Positions 36,900 to 50,518 of a stretch of DNA of 64,000 nt are shown here, in pieces. Origin of the DNA: Phyllosticta citribraziliensis (Eukaryota); the NCBI RefSeq assembly GCF_038025025.1, contig NW_027117352.1, positions 186,001-250,000 on the forward strand. The letters run 5' to 3'. A program made the translations under genes and the position numbers. Within the stretch, counting starts at the first letter, position 1; each line of letters starts with the position of its first letter. A model generated the notes under the pieces. It made no database searches. It was given only the letters and a program-made list of their open reading frames with translations, and was not told where the DNA came from.

Positions 36900-37651
36900 A
36901 TGCACTCCGCGCGTGCTTGTACCATCAGACGCTCCATGACATGGGCGTATGCATCGTCCCGTCTCCCCCTGGCGAGCAGCAATGCGGGGCCATCCTTTCC
37001 CCAGTCTGCGCTTCTACTGCGTCGTTCGTTTGCTACTCGCAGAAACGACTCTCACGCGCCGACAGCCAAAGAAGACGAAGTCAAGGCCGCTCGCCAATGG
37101 ATTGATCATTTGAATCCAGAAACAGTTCCGAGGTCCATCTGCGACGTTTCATTCAGCAGATCGTCCGGACCGGGGGGTCAAAATGTGAACAAGTGCGCCG
37201 CCAAGCCTTTCTTGTACATTCGGGTAGTCCCTGATAACCACCTTCCTCTCTAGAGTCTCTTCTAAAGCTACTGTTCGCGTACCATTGGGCCCCCTCCTCA
37301 AAATCTTGCCGCCTCTGTTCCACCAGGAGATTCGTCAATGCCGGTACTTTGCTCCCAACTCTGATTCGCTCATTCTCCAATCCGATGAAGCGAGGAAGCA
37401 AAATGAAAACGTCCATGCTTGTTTCCGAAAGCTTCATGAGTTGATTGTCGATGTGGGCAAGAAGATTGTCCCAGGCGAGACGTCTGCGGAGCAAAAGGAG
37501 CGCGTGAAAAACCTGCAAGTTTTTCCACCGCACACACTGTTTGCCGTCGCAACTGACACTTTGCAGTGAGAAGGCCGCAAATGAGAGGCGGATCAAGTCA
37601 AAAAAGTTGCAGAGCAGCAAAAAGAGCGCTCGCAAAGGGAGCTTGGAGTAA
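36900..37651 (+). CDS. PTH4: Mitochondrial ICT1/ArfB-like peptidyl-tRNA hydrolase (RF-1 domain), 3 exons
   Basis: FSRSSGPGGQNVNK|VSSKA GGQ motif; Arg/Ser-rich presequence-like N-terminus; basic tail ERRIKSKKLQSSKKSARK; start codon uncertain. Confidence 0.88.
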
Positions 37652-37715
37652 TGAGTGCTCTGCATCCGCCTTGGTAATCTCCGGGCCAGCAGCCCGCTGC
37701 CTTTCAACCAATCCA

Positions 37716-39110
37716 TCACCGCACCATTGACGGCGCTCTCGAGCCATTCAGCTCTGTTTGCGCTTGAAGCAAGCGATCACTGCTAGGCCAATGCTTTGCG
37801 CCATACACAACCAGTGTGCTTGCATCTTCCGCTCTCTTGGACTGCTGCAACGACACGGCAATATTTGCCACGTGATCGTCGTCTTCCAACTCCCGAATGA
37901 ATTGCCGCACAGAAGCGGAGAGGACTTTGCGCAAGCTCTGATCCAAATCTTCTTGTCTGAGGAGAGGCAGAAGGAATCTGAGGGCCTTTTCGGCAAGTAG
38001 GGACTTGGATTTTTGTGAAGACTGGAGGAGAACCTTGATGCGTTGGAGGGTTTCTCCCAAGGCTGGAGGGAAGAGCGGGGAGGAAGGCTCGACACCGAAC
38101 AGAGGCAGCCTGAAGCTGCAAGCTTGTGTCGAAACGGCTGTGGGCTTGCTCTCGCTCAAGGAGTTTACGACGTGCTGAAGAATGTCCTTGGTGCATGGAG
38201 CTCGGTCAAATTCGGAGAATAGATCGAAGAATTGCTCGCCCAAGATTGGGTCCATGTCGAAGTGATTCATGGCCGCATCGAATATAGCCCTGGGAATGGC
38301 TCCCGAGAGTACTGGTGAGTTTGCCAGATTCTCCAGCGCGACCTGGTCCACGCCGTCTTCCTTCTTTAGACTGGGGTCAATGTCCTCGGCTGTGATGTCG
38401 GGAAGAGCAATCATGTCGGCATCAGGGTCGTCTGCGGTGGGTTCCGCAGCCTTTCGCTCCTGGTCCAGTCCCAAAATCTGTCTTCGTGCAGCAATCTTTG
38501 CGACGTAGATCATCTCGAGTTTCGTGTACTCCAGCCACAAGAACCTCGAGTTCTTGCAAAACCTCAATCCTCTTTGCATGTATGCTCTTGCACCCGTCAT
38601 ATCCGCCTGAAAGTCCATTGCCCAACGCGCAGCCCACACCCAGAGTTCAGCTTTTGCAGGGTGCATGCGGAGCACGCTCGTCAAAATCTCCTTGAGCTTC
38701 TTGTTCGCCTTCTCTTTGCGGGCAAAGTTGAGATATTCCATCCAGAGCCCAAGGTCTCCATGGTGCTTTCGGAGTGCGCGATCGAATATGAAGAAGATTC
38801 GTCTCTGCCCTTGGTGGCCGGCCTTGACTCCCAGGCGTTTTGCGCGCTTCTTCCGCAGCGCCTCCAGGTTCATCTCGTACTCGACATATCGGGCGAAGTC
38901 GGAGGGCTTTGGTCCGCGGGCGTTGATGATGTGCTCGAACTCGGATCGCTTCTTCGCAATCGCCGTAATCTCTTCCTGTCTGCTGTCAGAATACGCCTGG
39001 AAAAAGTGCCATGGTCAACTTGCCTTCGAAAAGAGCCCTTTGCGCTCAAGCTCATGGAGCTCGGGCACGGATTGTTCGAGATAGAAACGCGCCTTGTCTT
39101 GGCTGGACAT
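37716..39110 (-). CDS. UTP6: U3 snoRNP / SSU processome protein Utp6 (HAT repeats), 2 exons
   Basis: MSSQDKARFYLEQSVPELHELERKGLFSK|EEITAIAKKRSEFEH..DFARYVEYEMNLEALRKKR; ARAYMQRGLRF; intron 38976-39023. Confidence 0.95.
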
Positions 39111-39636
39111 TTTTGCAGTGGCTGAGGGGAAAATCGAAAGGTGTTGATCAATGGATGCGCCGTCAAGGAAATGCGTGCGGGAGCAGTTGGGGAACTTTTT
39201 AGACCGCCGGCGTTTACCCGGCGTTGCTCAGCCGGGGACCGCGGAGGGCCTGAGGTGCCAAGACGCAGGTAAACAAACCACGCGCATCAGGTCAGATGCA
39301 TGGACATCGAATTGTCAAGAGCAGTGTGGGATGCAGAATATGGTCCAACAGAATCGAACGTCGTTCATGAGATGGAAGCCATCGCCGAGGCAAATTCGGG
39401 CGGTGAAGTTGGCGGTGCCGCCCGCGCCCGCGTCTTAGCTACCCCCTTTGAGACGGCCGCCGCCAGCCGCATCTTACGATCCGCGCTCCTTCGTGTCCAC
39501 TCCCAAGCGCGTCTCTTGGAGCTCCAATTTCCTTGTCTCTCTTCCGAGCCCCCCGGAGCTTGGCCAACACTCCCACCCTCTCGCACCTGACACAGTCCTC
39601 CTCTTCCACTCGTATGGCCAGCCGCTGAGATACATC

Positions 39637-42600
39637 ATGGGAAAATACAAGGATGGAGAGCCCGTCGCGGCTGTATGTTTACTCTCGAGGGCCAGGGATT
39701 GATCGACCGATCGGAGCTGACAGTCGCGTAGTTCAATGGCAAATGGGTTTCGGTGCTTCACACGATAGTTGCCTACGGTATGAGCGACCCGGATCTCCGA
39801 AGCCCTCGATTTCTGCCTGCAACAACACATAATTTGGCGATGGACTGACAGGGAGCTTCAGCGGCATTCCTGGGTGCGCTATTCGTCGGAGTGTAAGGAT
39901 AAGCTCCACGTATGGTGTCGGACTGCGCTGATGCTGTCCTAGTGCCCTTCACTACCACAAAATTGTCGAGAACGAACACTATGTACGCCGACTTGTCTCT
40001 CGCCGTAGCTCGCGGCAGTCCAGGGGAACGCTGACGACCACAGGGTTACCCACAAGAATGGTTTCCTTCCGTGTCCGCGACAATTGGCGACCGCTACCCT
40101 GAGCGCTCGGTCTTTCAAGTCTTCATCGCCATGACTGCCGGTACATCCAGAACAACACAAACGGTGGGAGCTATTTGCTGAGATAAATGGACAGGCCCGA
40201 GATTCGCTCTGTGTGCCCTCTTCTACATCCTGACAGCCAGACCGGGTGCTGCGCTGCCCAAATTCATCGCGGGTGTCGGTATTTTCCGCACGCTTACATG
40301 TGGTGGGTGGACATACATTACCTCGACGGATGACCACGACTGGCACGACATTTTCATGATCTCCTATCTGATTGCAACGATCCCATGGACATATGGCTGC
40401 TTCATCCTCAGCCCTCCAAACCCACAAGCAATCAAATGGCGCAAGATCTTTGCGACCAGCTTCTTCGCGACCATCATCCCGTTGGTCTACTTCTTCATTC
40501 AACACAAAGTCCACAAAGTCCCAGGAGGTAAAAGATTTCCAACAAGGCAATGGATTCGAATCACTGACGGTACACAGCATACACCACTTATGCCTTTTTT
40601 GAGTGGTCGCTTGTCCTTCTCGATGTTGCGTTTGATGCTGTTACATTTTTTGACTTCTCCGGTTTCGAGATTGTTGTCAAGGATATCAGGGGCGTCAGCA
40701 GAGGGTACGTTCCGTGGCTGCCGAAATAGATAGCGCAAAGGACAGCCGTCCTGATCAAAGATCAATTCTGATAAACCTCCAGAAGTGCCAAGCAAGTTGC
40801 CGACCGTATCGCCGAGAAGGAGTATGTTTCTCTGATTTGATAGCTAGAACAGAATGCTAAGTGGTGCAGGAAAAACCGCGAACTGGCGGAACTCTACACT
40901 GGCGGATTCTCGTGGCCAGCCGCATTTGATGCTGCTGCCGACGTTTACAATGGCGTAAGTTGGACTGATCATCTGGAACAAAACATTCCTAATGTGGTTA
41001 GTTCGTTTTCTGGTCGATGCTGACCTCTCTTGGACTCTGCGTCTGGTGTAAGTATTCACAGCAAGTCTTCAAGATCGCTCGCTGACACCTGCAGACTTCC
41101 CGCTCTGGCACATGGGAATCAGTGGCTACGAGGTGCTCGTCATGTCCACCGTATCCCCCTTTTTCCTCGGCATCAGGTCTGTCCGCAACCTCGTGATCAG
41201 AAATCTTCGCATCACCCATCTCCTTGCCCTGGCGGGCGTGGCCGCTTGGAACGTCAAGTCGCCCGAGTACCGCCTCTTCACCGTGGGCTTTGGTGTCAGC
41301 ATGTCCTGCCTTTCCTGGGCGGCGACCTTTTACGCTGAGCGGTCTCAGCCGCACCGCCTTGAAGCGCGCATCTCTGCGTTTTCTCTTGGCCTCATCCTGT
41401 CGAGCATTGCCAAGTTCGCTTTCTGGACCAACAACCCAATCTGGCCCATCATGCACGCTCCGAATGGTGGGTGGAACAAGACTGGCCTTGTCCTGGGTCT
41501 CCTGGCCGTCGTCCGTTCGACCAGGTACACGCCAAGCAGCACTGCCGACATCCCTGCCGCTGGACCCCAAAAGGGCTCTGCTCCTCTGGCTGGCCTTGGA
41601 TTGGCTGGCCTCTTCTTCGCCATGCATTCCCTGCTCTCTGACTCGAGCACCATGATTCTTTGGGTCTGGGAGGGCTATCCAGTCCGTGGCCCGCTTTCTG
41701 TACCTCACGGTGCTTGGACCCTTGCGGCCATGGGTGCTGGTCTCGCCTTTGGTCTCTTCCAACCGAATTTCGCTCGCAGCTGGACCCTTTATGGCATTGG
41801 CTCCGTCGGCGCTGCAGTTTTGACGTCCTACAAGAATTGGTTCGGCTACTATGGCGCTCTGACGGTTGCCTTTTACGTCATGGCCGCTGCTCCGGTTCTC
41901 ATTTCTTCTGCGGCGCGCCATTCCCCAGCGCTTACCTTTGGCCTGGGCTTCCTCATCTACAACATTCTCGTTCTCGCCCATGTCTGGGTTGTGGCGTACG
42001 CGTTCGTCCCTGGTGGTCCCCTTATGCGCGAGCACACTGATTGGGTCATGACGGCAACCATGATCTGCCTCGGATGTGGTGTCTTTTCGGCGACATCCTC
42101 TGCCAGTGGTACTTCGATTCCGAGCTCCAAGAAAGCCAAGAGCCCGGCGGCGCGCAAGTCACGGGCGTACTACCTCTACATTCTTCTTGCCCTGCAGGGA
42201 CTTGGTGCGTCCATTGCCTATCTGCGTTTCCCGTCATACGACTACACGCCGTACCACGCTCCCGACAAGGTCGTCACCGCCGGCATCTGGACCATCCATT
42301 TCAGCCTGGACAACGACATGTGGTCCTCGGAGCGACGCGTTCGCGATCTGATCAAGGAAATGGAGCTCGACGTGGTCGGTGTCCTCGAGTCGGACCTGCA
42401 ACGCATCATCATGGGCAACCGCGACACGACACAATTCATCGCCGAAGACCTGGGCATGTACGTCGACTTCGGGCCCGGGCCAAACAAGCACACGTGGGGC
42501 GCAGCGCTGCTCTCCAAGTTCCCCATCGTCAACTCGACGCACCACCTGCTGCCGTCGCCGGTCGGCGAGCTGGCGCCCGCCATCCACGCGACGCTCGACA

Positions 42601-43210
42601 TGTACGGCGAGCTGGTCGACGTGTTTGTGTTCCACTCGGGCCAGGAGGAGGACGCGGAGGACCGCCGGCTGCAGACCGAGTACCTGTCCAACCTGATGGG
42701 CTCGAGCAGCCGCCCCAGCATCTTGCTCAGCTATCTCGTCACCAAGCCCCACGAGGGCAACTACAACACGTATGTCAGCCAGACCAGCGGCATGCGCGAC
42801 GTCGACCCGTCGGATTGGGACCGCTGGTGCGAGTACATTCTGTACAAGGGCTTGCGCCGCGTTGGCTATGCGCGCGTCAGCCGCAGCACCATTACCGACA
42901 CGGAGCTTCAGGTGAGTCGTCTCATGGCCTCGTCTCCGTTTTCTCGTTGGATTCGTTTGCTGACTCGCGCGCGTGTGAAAAGACGGCCAAGTTCGTCGTC
43001 GGGCAGCCCGAGGGCTCCGACCACATCGTCCCCGAGGACCAGGTGCCGTACGGGCTGCGCTACCCGACCATGTTCAGGGGCGCCGGCGTGCGCGACCATC
43101 GCTACCACGTGTTTGACGAGCCGAGGTGAGTCTTTTCCCTTCATTCCCCCGTTTCTTTTTCCCTGTGTGTAGTGATGCGATGCTGACGCCGTCGCAGGTA
43201 CTATGCTTGA
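39637..43210 (+). CDS. CWH43: GPI lipid remodelling protein Cwh43 (N-terminal Frag1/PGAP2-like plus C-terminal EEP-like domain), about 12 introns
   Basis: [109 protein letters not shown]. Confidence 0.96.
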
Positions 43211-45113
43211 TCTGTTGCTTGTTTTGTTGCTGCAAAAGCTGTGTGGTGCGTCGGTAGATGGGAAGGCGAGGAGACAGACTAGAATTCGAGCGCAGAAGAG
43301 TAGCTGGGTGCGTCTGGTATGTAAGGTAGTGTTTATGGGCGGAAAAATAGGGTTGCTTGCTTGCTTTGTAGAAACAGGTTCCAATGAGCTCTTTCTCGCG
43401 CGTACCCATCCATTATCCTGGGCTCATCTCACGCTGCTCCCCCGAGCAAGCAGTGGTGACAATCTATCATCTATCACGGCTGGCCGTTTCGTAGGTAGTC
43501 GTCGCGGTGTCTCGGCGCATTGGCCGTCAGGCGTGCTGTGCCACGGGCATATATATATATGGGTGTTGGCAGCAGTCAGCACCCGCCTCTCTCTGGCTCC
43601 GTCGGCCGTCGCCGAGTCGGGGAGATTTGCTGGTTTTTGCTTTTGACGCTGGGCCTTGGCGCTCTGATCGCGATCCGTATTCTGCAGTGCGATTCAATGG
43701 CAGGCTGCATACATTGATAGATGGGCGCGTGGCTTTTCTGGGTTCGCTGGTTGTCGAATGCTTGGGGGATGGTACGGGTGCCCAGCTGAGCGGTTCGGCT
43801 TCGGGAAGAGAAGAGAAGGGAGCATGTGCGGATGCTAGTGGTGGATGAGAAGGTTCAGACGGACGGGCGGCAGACGGGTTGGTGGGTCGTCGACATTATT
43901 GCAAACGGAGGGAGGGATGAGGGATGGAGGGAGCACGTCAGCTCTGCAAACCTTTTTCTTGGTGGCGGCGCTTGGCGGTGGGTGGTGATGGATGCGCTGC
44001 GAGGGATGCGGTGGTTGTACGAATACATGTGCGAGATGAGTGCGTGGGCGGTGGCGCTGGGACAGGGCGCGAGGCGCCACAGTCAGGTCCCGCGGCGGTC
44101 AGCACTTTGTTTGCACGTTGCCTGTCCGTGTCTGGGTTCTCGTGTGCCTTGCCTGGATCGTTTTGGTGACGATGGCACATTGGTGATGGTTTCTTCGGAG
44201 GAGGCAAGGAAGCGCAGACCCAAGGACCTGGAGCCGGGTAGGTGATCGTCTCCCGGCGACCCGGATGCCTCTGCAGCGTCATCCTTGTCCACATGTACAC
44301 GCCCAGTGCTTGTCCTGTCCTTGACCTTGTCCTTCGCTTCGGTTGGCCGTCAGCACCAGTTCCCTCAGCTGCTGCAATCGACCGGCGCGGCATAACCACC
44401 TCACCTGCGCAAATTGACGCTTTCCATTTCTCGCGAGGTGGCCTTGGAGGCGACTGACGACGACAACGACATGCAAAATGCCCGTGTGTCTCGCGCCCCA
44501 TCAGATCTGGACGCCACCCACCTAATCAGAAACACACAGATGCACAGTGCCGCTGCTTTTTTGGCCGACCTCGAGGCCTCTTCCCTGCAGCTTCCCCGCC
44601 AAAGGAGCTGGCCTAGACGCGAGCCTGAGACGACTCTACACGCCCGGCCCGCAGCTTGGTTTACACTGCCTGCTAGTCGCACTTTTCTCCAACCGCCAGC
44701 AAGAGACGGCTCGAGATGCATGTCCTTCTCGTCGTCGTCGTCGTCGTCTTCGATGAGATGGCGGCCTGCAGGAGCTGAAGGCGACGCCTGCAATTCGCCT
44801 GGCCAGCCCGCTCGGCTTCCTCGACAGCACCACCACGCAGCCATGCACATCACGTCTTAACATGCGCCTGGACCCGCTGCCGGGGCTGAAGACTCGACGC
44901 ACGATCTGCGCTCTGCTTGCTGCGCCTGGAGACCTTTGGTCCAATTCGTCTGCTGTTTCGATTACATACATGGACCCCTAGGCGCGCCCATTGACTGCAG
45001 CCGTCTACTTCAAAATTGCCATGGTACATCTTCTTCGCCTGCTGCTTCTACTTCGCCTCTCCTCTCGCGTCGTTCTCTCGCTTCCGTGGTAGCCCCCCCG
45101 CCTGCTCGTCACC

Positions 45114-46132
45114 ATGCTCCGGCTGCGCAGCCTCCCCCCACTCTTCTCCTCGTTGCTGCTGCTCGCCTTTCCGTCGTCCGTCTTCGCTGCCACTACCTTT
45201 GCGACTTTCTACGACGATGCCTGTAAGGAGTCGTATAATGGCTTCAGCGGCCCCGATGGCTTCCCCAATGGCACTTGCACCGACCTCGACCAGGCCAATG
45301 GCGGCGCCTTCAAGAGCTTCCAGGTCGTCGAGCTGGACCCGGGCTGCGCAGGTTTGTCTCCCACGTCCATCACGCCGCGTTGAATAGTATAGATCGCTGA
45401 CACTGTCTGATAGTCACCATCTACGACAACAATACCTCGGAAGGGCCCTGCTCGCCCGTCGTCCTCCAAGTCGCCGACCTAGCTCGCTGCTACGACACGA
45501 CGTGGACCTACTACAGCATCGACGGGTGCACGGCGCCGTCATCCTCCACCTCCTCGTCATCCCCCACACCCTCCGCATCCGGCAGCGCCCGCCGCAAAAA
45601 GAAGCACCACCACACCGGCGCCATCGTGGGCGGCGTGGTGGGTGGCATCGCCGGCGGCGCCGCCATTGCCTCGCTGGCCTTTTTCCTTCTGCGGCGGCGC
45701 CGCCGCCGTCGCGGTGCCGCCCAGATGGGCTCCTCGGCCGCCGGGACCGGGCCGCCTGCTGAGCTGCCCCACGACAGCGCCGTGTCGGAAATGGGGTCCG
45801 GGTTGGGGGCCGGTTCTGGGCATCCTCACCACGGGAGCCACGAGATGCACTCGCCGGCTCTCGGATACGTCAACAACAACAACAACAACAAGAATGCCGA
45901 GATGGAGGCCGTGGTGCCCAGCGAGATGGGCGGCGGCATCGAGGGCCGCACGCGCGACGAGGTCGAGCAGGAGAAGGTGACGCCCGTCGAGATGGAGGGC
46001 GACGTGCGATGGATGTGGGAGGGGCGGGGCGGAGCACGAGATGAGGGCGGCCAAGGCGGCCATGGCAGCGTCGGGACGCAAGAGACGCGCGATGAAAAGG
46101 ACAGGAAGAGGTGGAGTTGGGAGCGGCAGTGA
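45114..46132 (+). CDS. Type I single-pass cell-surface protein (signal peptide, small Cys-containing ectodomain, Ser-rich stalk, Mid2/Skg6-like TM), 2 exons
   Basis: MLRLRSLPPLFSSLLLLAFPSSVFA signal peptide; 6 Cys in the ectodomain; TGAIVGGVVGGIAGGAAIASLAFFLLRRRRRRR; intron ~45352-45413. Confidence 0.82.
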
Positions 46133-47425
46133 GAGCTTGTCGTCAAAAGTTTGCACTTTCCCCTTTTTTTTCCCTTTCCCTCTCTCTTTCAGCGACGGCT
46201 TTTTCGGCCTGGTGTTTTGATCAGCCACCGTTTCCCGTCCTTCGTCTTCGGTCTTCACGGCGCCTGCTGAGCGTCTGGTATGCATGCATGGATGACGGGC
46301 AGGCGGCAAGCGGCTGTTTTTGTGGCACGATACCCTTTGCACAGCAACTCGTCTTTTTCCCATCAACCCCGCTCTCTCTCTCTCCTCCTCTTCTGTTCAT
46401 ACAACGGCCGTCATGACATCCCGTTCTCTCAACGTCTCACACTCTAGTAAATAGCCATGTCTCCTGAAGATCAGCGAGCGCACCTTGTCGCAAACTTAGC
46501 ACGTGTTTTGGCATTTCACATGTCAGCCAGGCACAAATCGATCGAAGCGACAGATGAGAGATTTTTCCAACTGGTGCGTGAGGGACTTTTCTGCCGGCTA
46601 CCCTTCGCCCGTTTGGCGTGCGACGAGTTGACTGTCAGGCGATGCCAAGGCGGATGGCTTGACAGGCGCCGCGCTGCTGCGTCGTGTCGTGTCGTGTCGT
46701 GGTGTGGTGCAGAGGGAGGGGTGCGCAGGCAGGGGTGCGAGTCGCGGCTTGTGGCGGTGCAGCGGCAGCAGAGGACGAGCGGAGCGGAGAACCAAGGGAG
46801 TTGGCGACGTTGGTGCACAGCCGCTGGGTGGAGAGGGAGGGACTGGGGCTGGAATGATGGAGATATTTCGCGTGGCTCGGCGATGATGATGGACTTCTGT
46901 TGTTGGCAGTCGACGACGAGACGAGACGGGCGAGGTGTTGACGGGACAGGGCATGCATGACCATGACGACACGGCAGTGGACGGCAAACCCGCGGTGAGG
47001 GTGAGGGGCGCTGGGGCCAGCGGTTCGAGCGTCCAGTGCTTGGCGCTTGGGGAGACGAAGACGTCCAAGTCGTGTCTTTTGTCGTTCCTGTCGGATCTAC
47101 AATGATGTCCAGGTCCAGGGAGATCGGGCGGGGACGCGGACATGTCATGTCGGCTTTGTCGCGACGACCTGGAGACGTGGAGTGCATTGGCTTGCCCCGC
47201 AACCTGCAGTTGGTGATAAGTTAATGGCGCAAAGCCGGGCGGGCGTACCTATCGGTAGCGGCCGAGGTCTGGTCTTGGTACGCCCGCTGACTGACCACTT
47301 AGGATGGATCATCGTGAAGCCTCGCCTCGCACTCCAACACGGCAGCTCTTCTCTCTCCCTCCCCCTCTCCACGTCCTCGTTCGTTTCCCCCCCATCCACG
47401 ACACATCATCCCTGTGCAGACAGCC

Positions 47426-48965
47426 ATGGGTCGGCCCGGCTGGACAAACCGCTGGTCGCTGTCCCTCTCCCGCCGCCAAGAGCTCTTCCGCCTCCCCGAC
47501 GAGATCCTGGTCTTGATATTCGAGTCTTGCGACATCGATAGCCTCCTGGCTCTGCGCCTGACCTGCCGCGCCTTTCGCACCCTCATCACCACCTACGAAT
47601 CCACCATCGTCCAGGCCGTTGCCCGCTCCACCTTTCCCGGCTGCAAGCTCATCCTGCGGCCGCCCCAAGCCCAAGACCAAGACCAAGACCCAGATCCGCA
47701 GAGTACTTCCCACCCCCTGCTGCTTTGCACGACACACAGCTAATCGCCGCCTCAGCATCTCCATACGACCTGAAATGGCTGACGGGCCTGATACCGCAGT
47801 TCCTGGCCGCCATCATCGTCGACCGCCACCGCTACTGCGGCGCGCCCTTGCCAATGCTCGACGGCATCCCGGCCGAGGACGAGATTGGCGATGAGATACG
47901 CCAGCACGTCGCCCACGGCTTCCGCATCCTCGAGGCGCTGAGCTTGATAGCCCAGTACGTCGAGGAGACGCCCGACTCCAAGATCGAGTCGAAGCTCCCC
48001 GCGTAAGTTCTCACGTGTCTCGCTTTCCCGATCCGGAAGTAGTTGGTCCGACTGCTAGCCCGACTTCCCGTTCCGGCAAACTCTGAGACCCTTGAGCGTG
48101 CCCGCCCCCTTGGACTACCAACACCCCCTTGCTGACCCCTTTTGCTCCCCCTTGCAGTGCCCTCGTATCCCGCACCCCCGTTCCCCGCCCCCGCTTCTCC
48201 ATCAAACACAACCGCGTCTTCCGCGCATACCGCAAAACCACGCGCGCGCTCAGCTCGTGGCGACGGCCGCAAGAAACGGCCGAGCGCAAAAAGCGCGCGC
48301 TCCTCCAACGGCGGCAGGACCTCACCACGACGCTGCAATGCCACTTCATCCAGAAGCGCCTCTCGCCCGACGCGGCCGCCGCGTTCGACGCCATGTGGAC
48401 GATCCTGCGCACAGCCTTTGCGCACCACCGCTACTTCGACGACGGCTACAACAGCAGCGCCGGCGGCGGCGTGCTCGACTGGGGCAAGCCCGACCGCCGC
48501 GACGTCTTCAACGACAACTCGTGGGCCAACTGGTTCGTCCTGCGCGCCGGCGCCTCCTTCTGGTGGCGCTACTACTGGGTCAACCGCCCGGACACCAAGT
48601 TCGATCCCACGCAGCCGTCGGCGTACGCGCGCCGCCTCAACGCCGCGCGCCGGCGACGCGGGGGCGGCGGGCCCGGGAACTCCGATTCCAAGACCAAAAC
48701 CGGCGCCAGCGGCATCCGCGCCGAGGACGGCTTTGCGGCGCTCAAGATGGTGTATCGCGAGCGCGAGCGCGCGCAGATGGAGATCGAGCGCGCGGGCGCG
48801 ATGGAGGTGTTTGCCACTGTCAAGTACCGCATGAAGGGCGTGGATCGGCGGCGGCTGCCCAGCGCCGACGAGTATCGCGCCATGGTGCGCAGTCTGCGCG
48901 GCGAGGGCGCAAAGGAGCCCGAGGACGTGCTGGGCTGGCATTGCTCTAATATGGCGTTACTCTGA
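47426..48965 (+). CDS. F-box domain protein, 3 exons
   Basis: LFRLPDEILVLIFESCDIDSLLALRLTCRAFRTLI F-box motif; introns near 47703-47755 and 48003-48157 join ORFs 47414, 47725 and 48129. Confidence 0.85.
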
Positions 48966-49644
48966 TGACGGACGGGCGGGCGGGCGAGTGTTGCAGAGCA
49001 AGGAAGAGCACAGCGGGGCGGGAAGAGGACGGGGGCCGGCGCGTCGCATTGCATCGCATCGATGGCGAGTGCGGCGGAGAGGAGTGCACCGCGTGCGTGT
49101 TTAATGTCTAGTCTCGCACCTCGCCCGCTGGCTGTCATTTCCTCCCCATTTCCCTTGTCTCCAGAGTCACCCACGACCTTCTCCTTTTTGGCACTCATTC
49201 TCTTTTCTTTCTGGATAGACGGAACGGAACGGTACGGGACTGATGGGACTGACGGGACCACCGGGGCCCAGCCAGCCAGCGGCAATGCTGCCACCCCCTT
49301 TTTGCTTTTCGTGTCTCTTTTTTTCTTTCTTTCTTCTCTGCCATCTTTTCCTCTTCCCACACACATACACATACATCGATGCGTACGTGCGTTCGATCGT
49401 TGGTGAGCGAGTGAGCAAGGTAAATGACGAATTGACGGCCGCAGTCGGACTTTTTTTGCTATCGGACGAACGGGACAGACGTGCTTGGACTGATTGATCG
49501 ATTGATTGCCCTGGCTTTTGTGCGGGCGTGCTTGGGTGCATATGAGAGAGATGGAGAGAGAGGGAGGTTGGGTCTGGTCTGGTCTGGGCGGGCAGGCAGA
49601 CAGGAGGAGCAGTGGCTGAGCACGATCTAGCTAGGTACCTTGAG

Positions 49645-49692
49645 TAGGTAGGTAGGTAGGTAGGTAGGTAGGTAGGTAGGTAGGTAGGTAGG
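49645..49692. repeat. (TAGG)12 microsatellite
   Basis: Read directly; sits at the left edge of the gasdermin/protease island. Confidence 0.95.
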
Positions 49693-50518
49693 TCAGTCGG
49701 TTGGTTGGTTAGGTAGTTTCGTTGCGGTAGCCACCACTGCATGACGCACGCATACGACGTCTCTGTCCGTTGACCGTGTCAACGATTAACCACCTTGACC
49801 TACCCCTGAACCTACACACATCTTACCTCGTCTCGTCTCCGTCATTCGCCACTGCTCGTCTGTCTATTGAGCCCAGTCGTGCGTTATACACGGAGCTTTT
49901 GTATGATGCGGTAGGATTTCTGGCAGTTGAGGAATTCGTTTTGCCTTGGAACGCTGTGGTGGTTCTCTTTCCATGCGCATACGCAGACGGGATCCATCCA
50001 ACGGTCAACTTCTCAGTGATGACGGATATTGATCCCAAGTTCTTCATTTGGTCAGTTCATCAACGCATACAAAAGGCGTGTTCATCAAATGCTGATTGAT
50101 GTATCGAATCTGAGGCTTCAGTGGCGAGTGCCAGCCGGTGTCATATGTCCCTGTGCAAGTTCTTCGACCAGTGAGCACGCCTTCCAGCACGGATTGATCC
50201 TGGGTGGACTTTCCAAAGAGGACGACGTGTGTATAGGTAGACAGAGGGCTGGAGATGACTGGAATTCATCACGTCTTGTTTGAGCACCCTGCATGGATGG
50301 ATGAAGGGAGCCTTGTCCGGGCTTCCGTTGTTTAGTGTTGCGCCGCAATAACGAGGATGGAGACTGCGTGTTTTCCTAAGCGGTATTCATACGCACTGTG
50401 CCGAGGAGTATGAGATGTGTTTAGTAATCTATGTTTGGATCCCTGTCGGTCGATAGCCAAACATAGACAGTTCTGGGGAAGGAGAGTCATTTATAAATGC
50501 TGGAGCCGGATCCAGCCA

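Noticed and set aside
40998..43129. Long antisense and alternate-frame ORFs over CWH43 (similar ones over PHO84, the F-box gene and the transporters)
   Set aside because: Shadow ORFs caused by high GC3 codon bias in the real genes.
49645..49692. (TAGG)n as an interstitial telomere or CRISPR-like array
   Set aside because: It is not TTAGGG and has no spacers; a common fungal tetranucleotide microsatellite.
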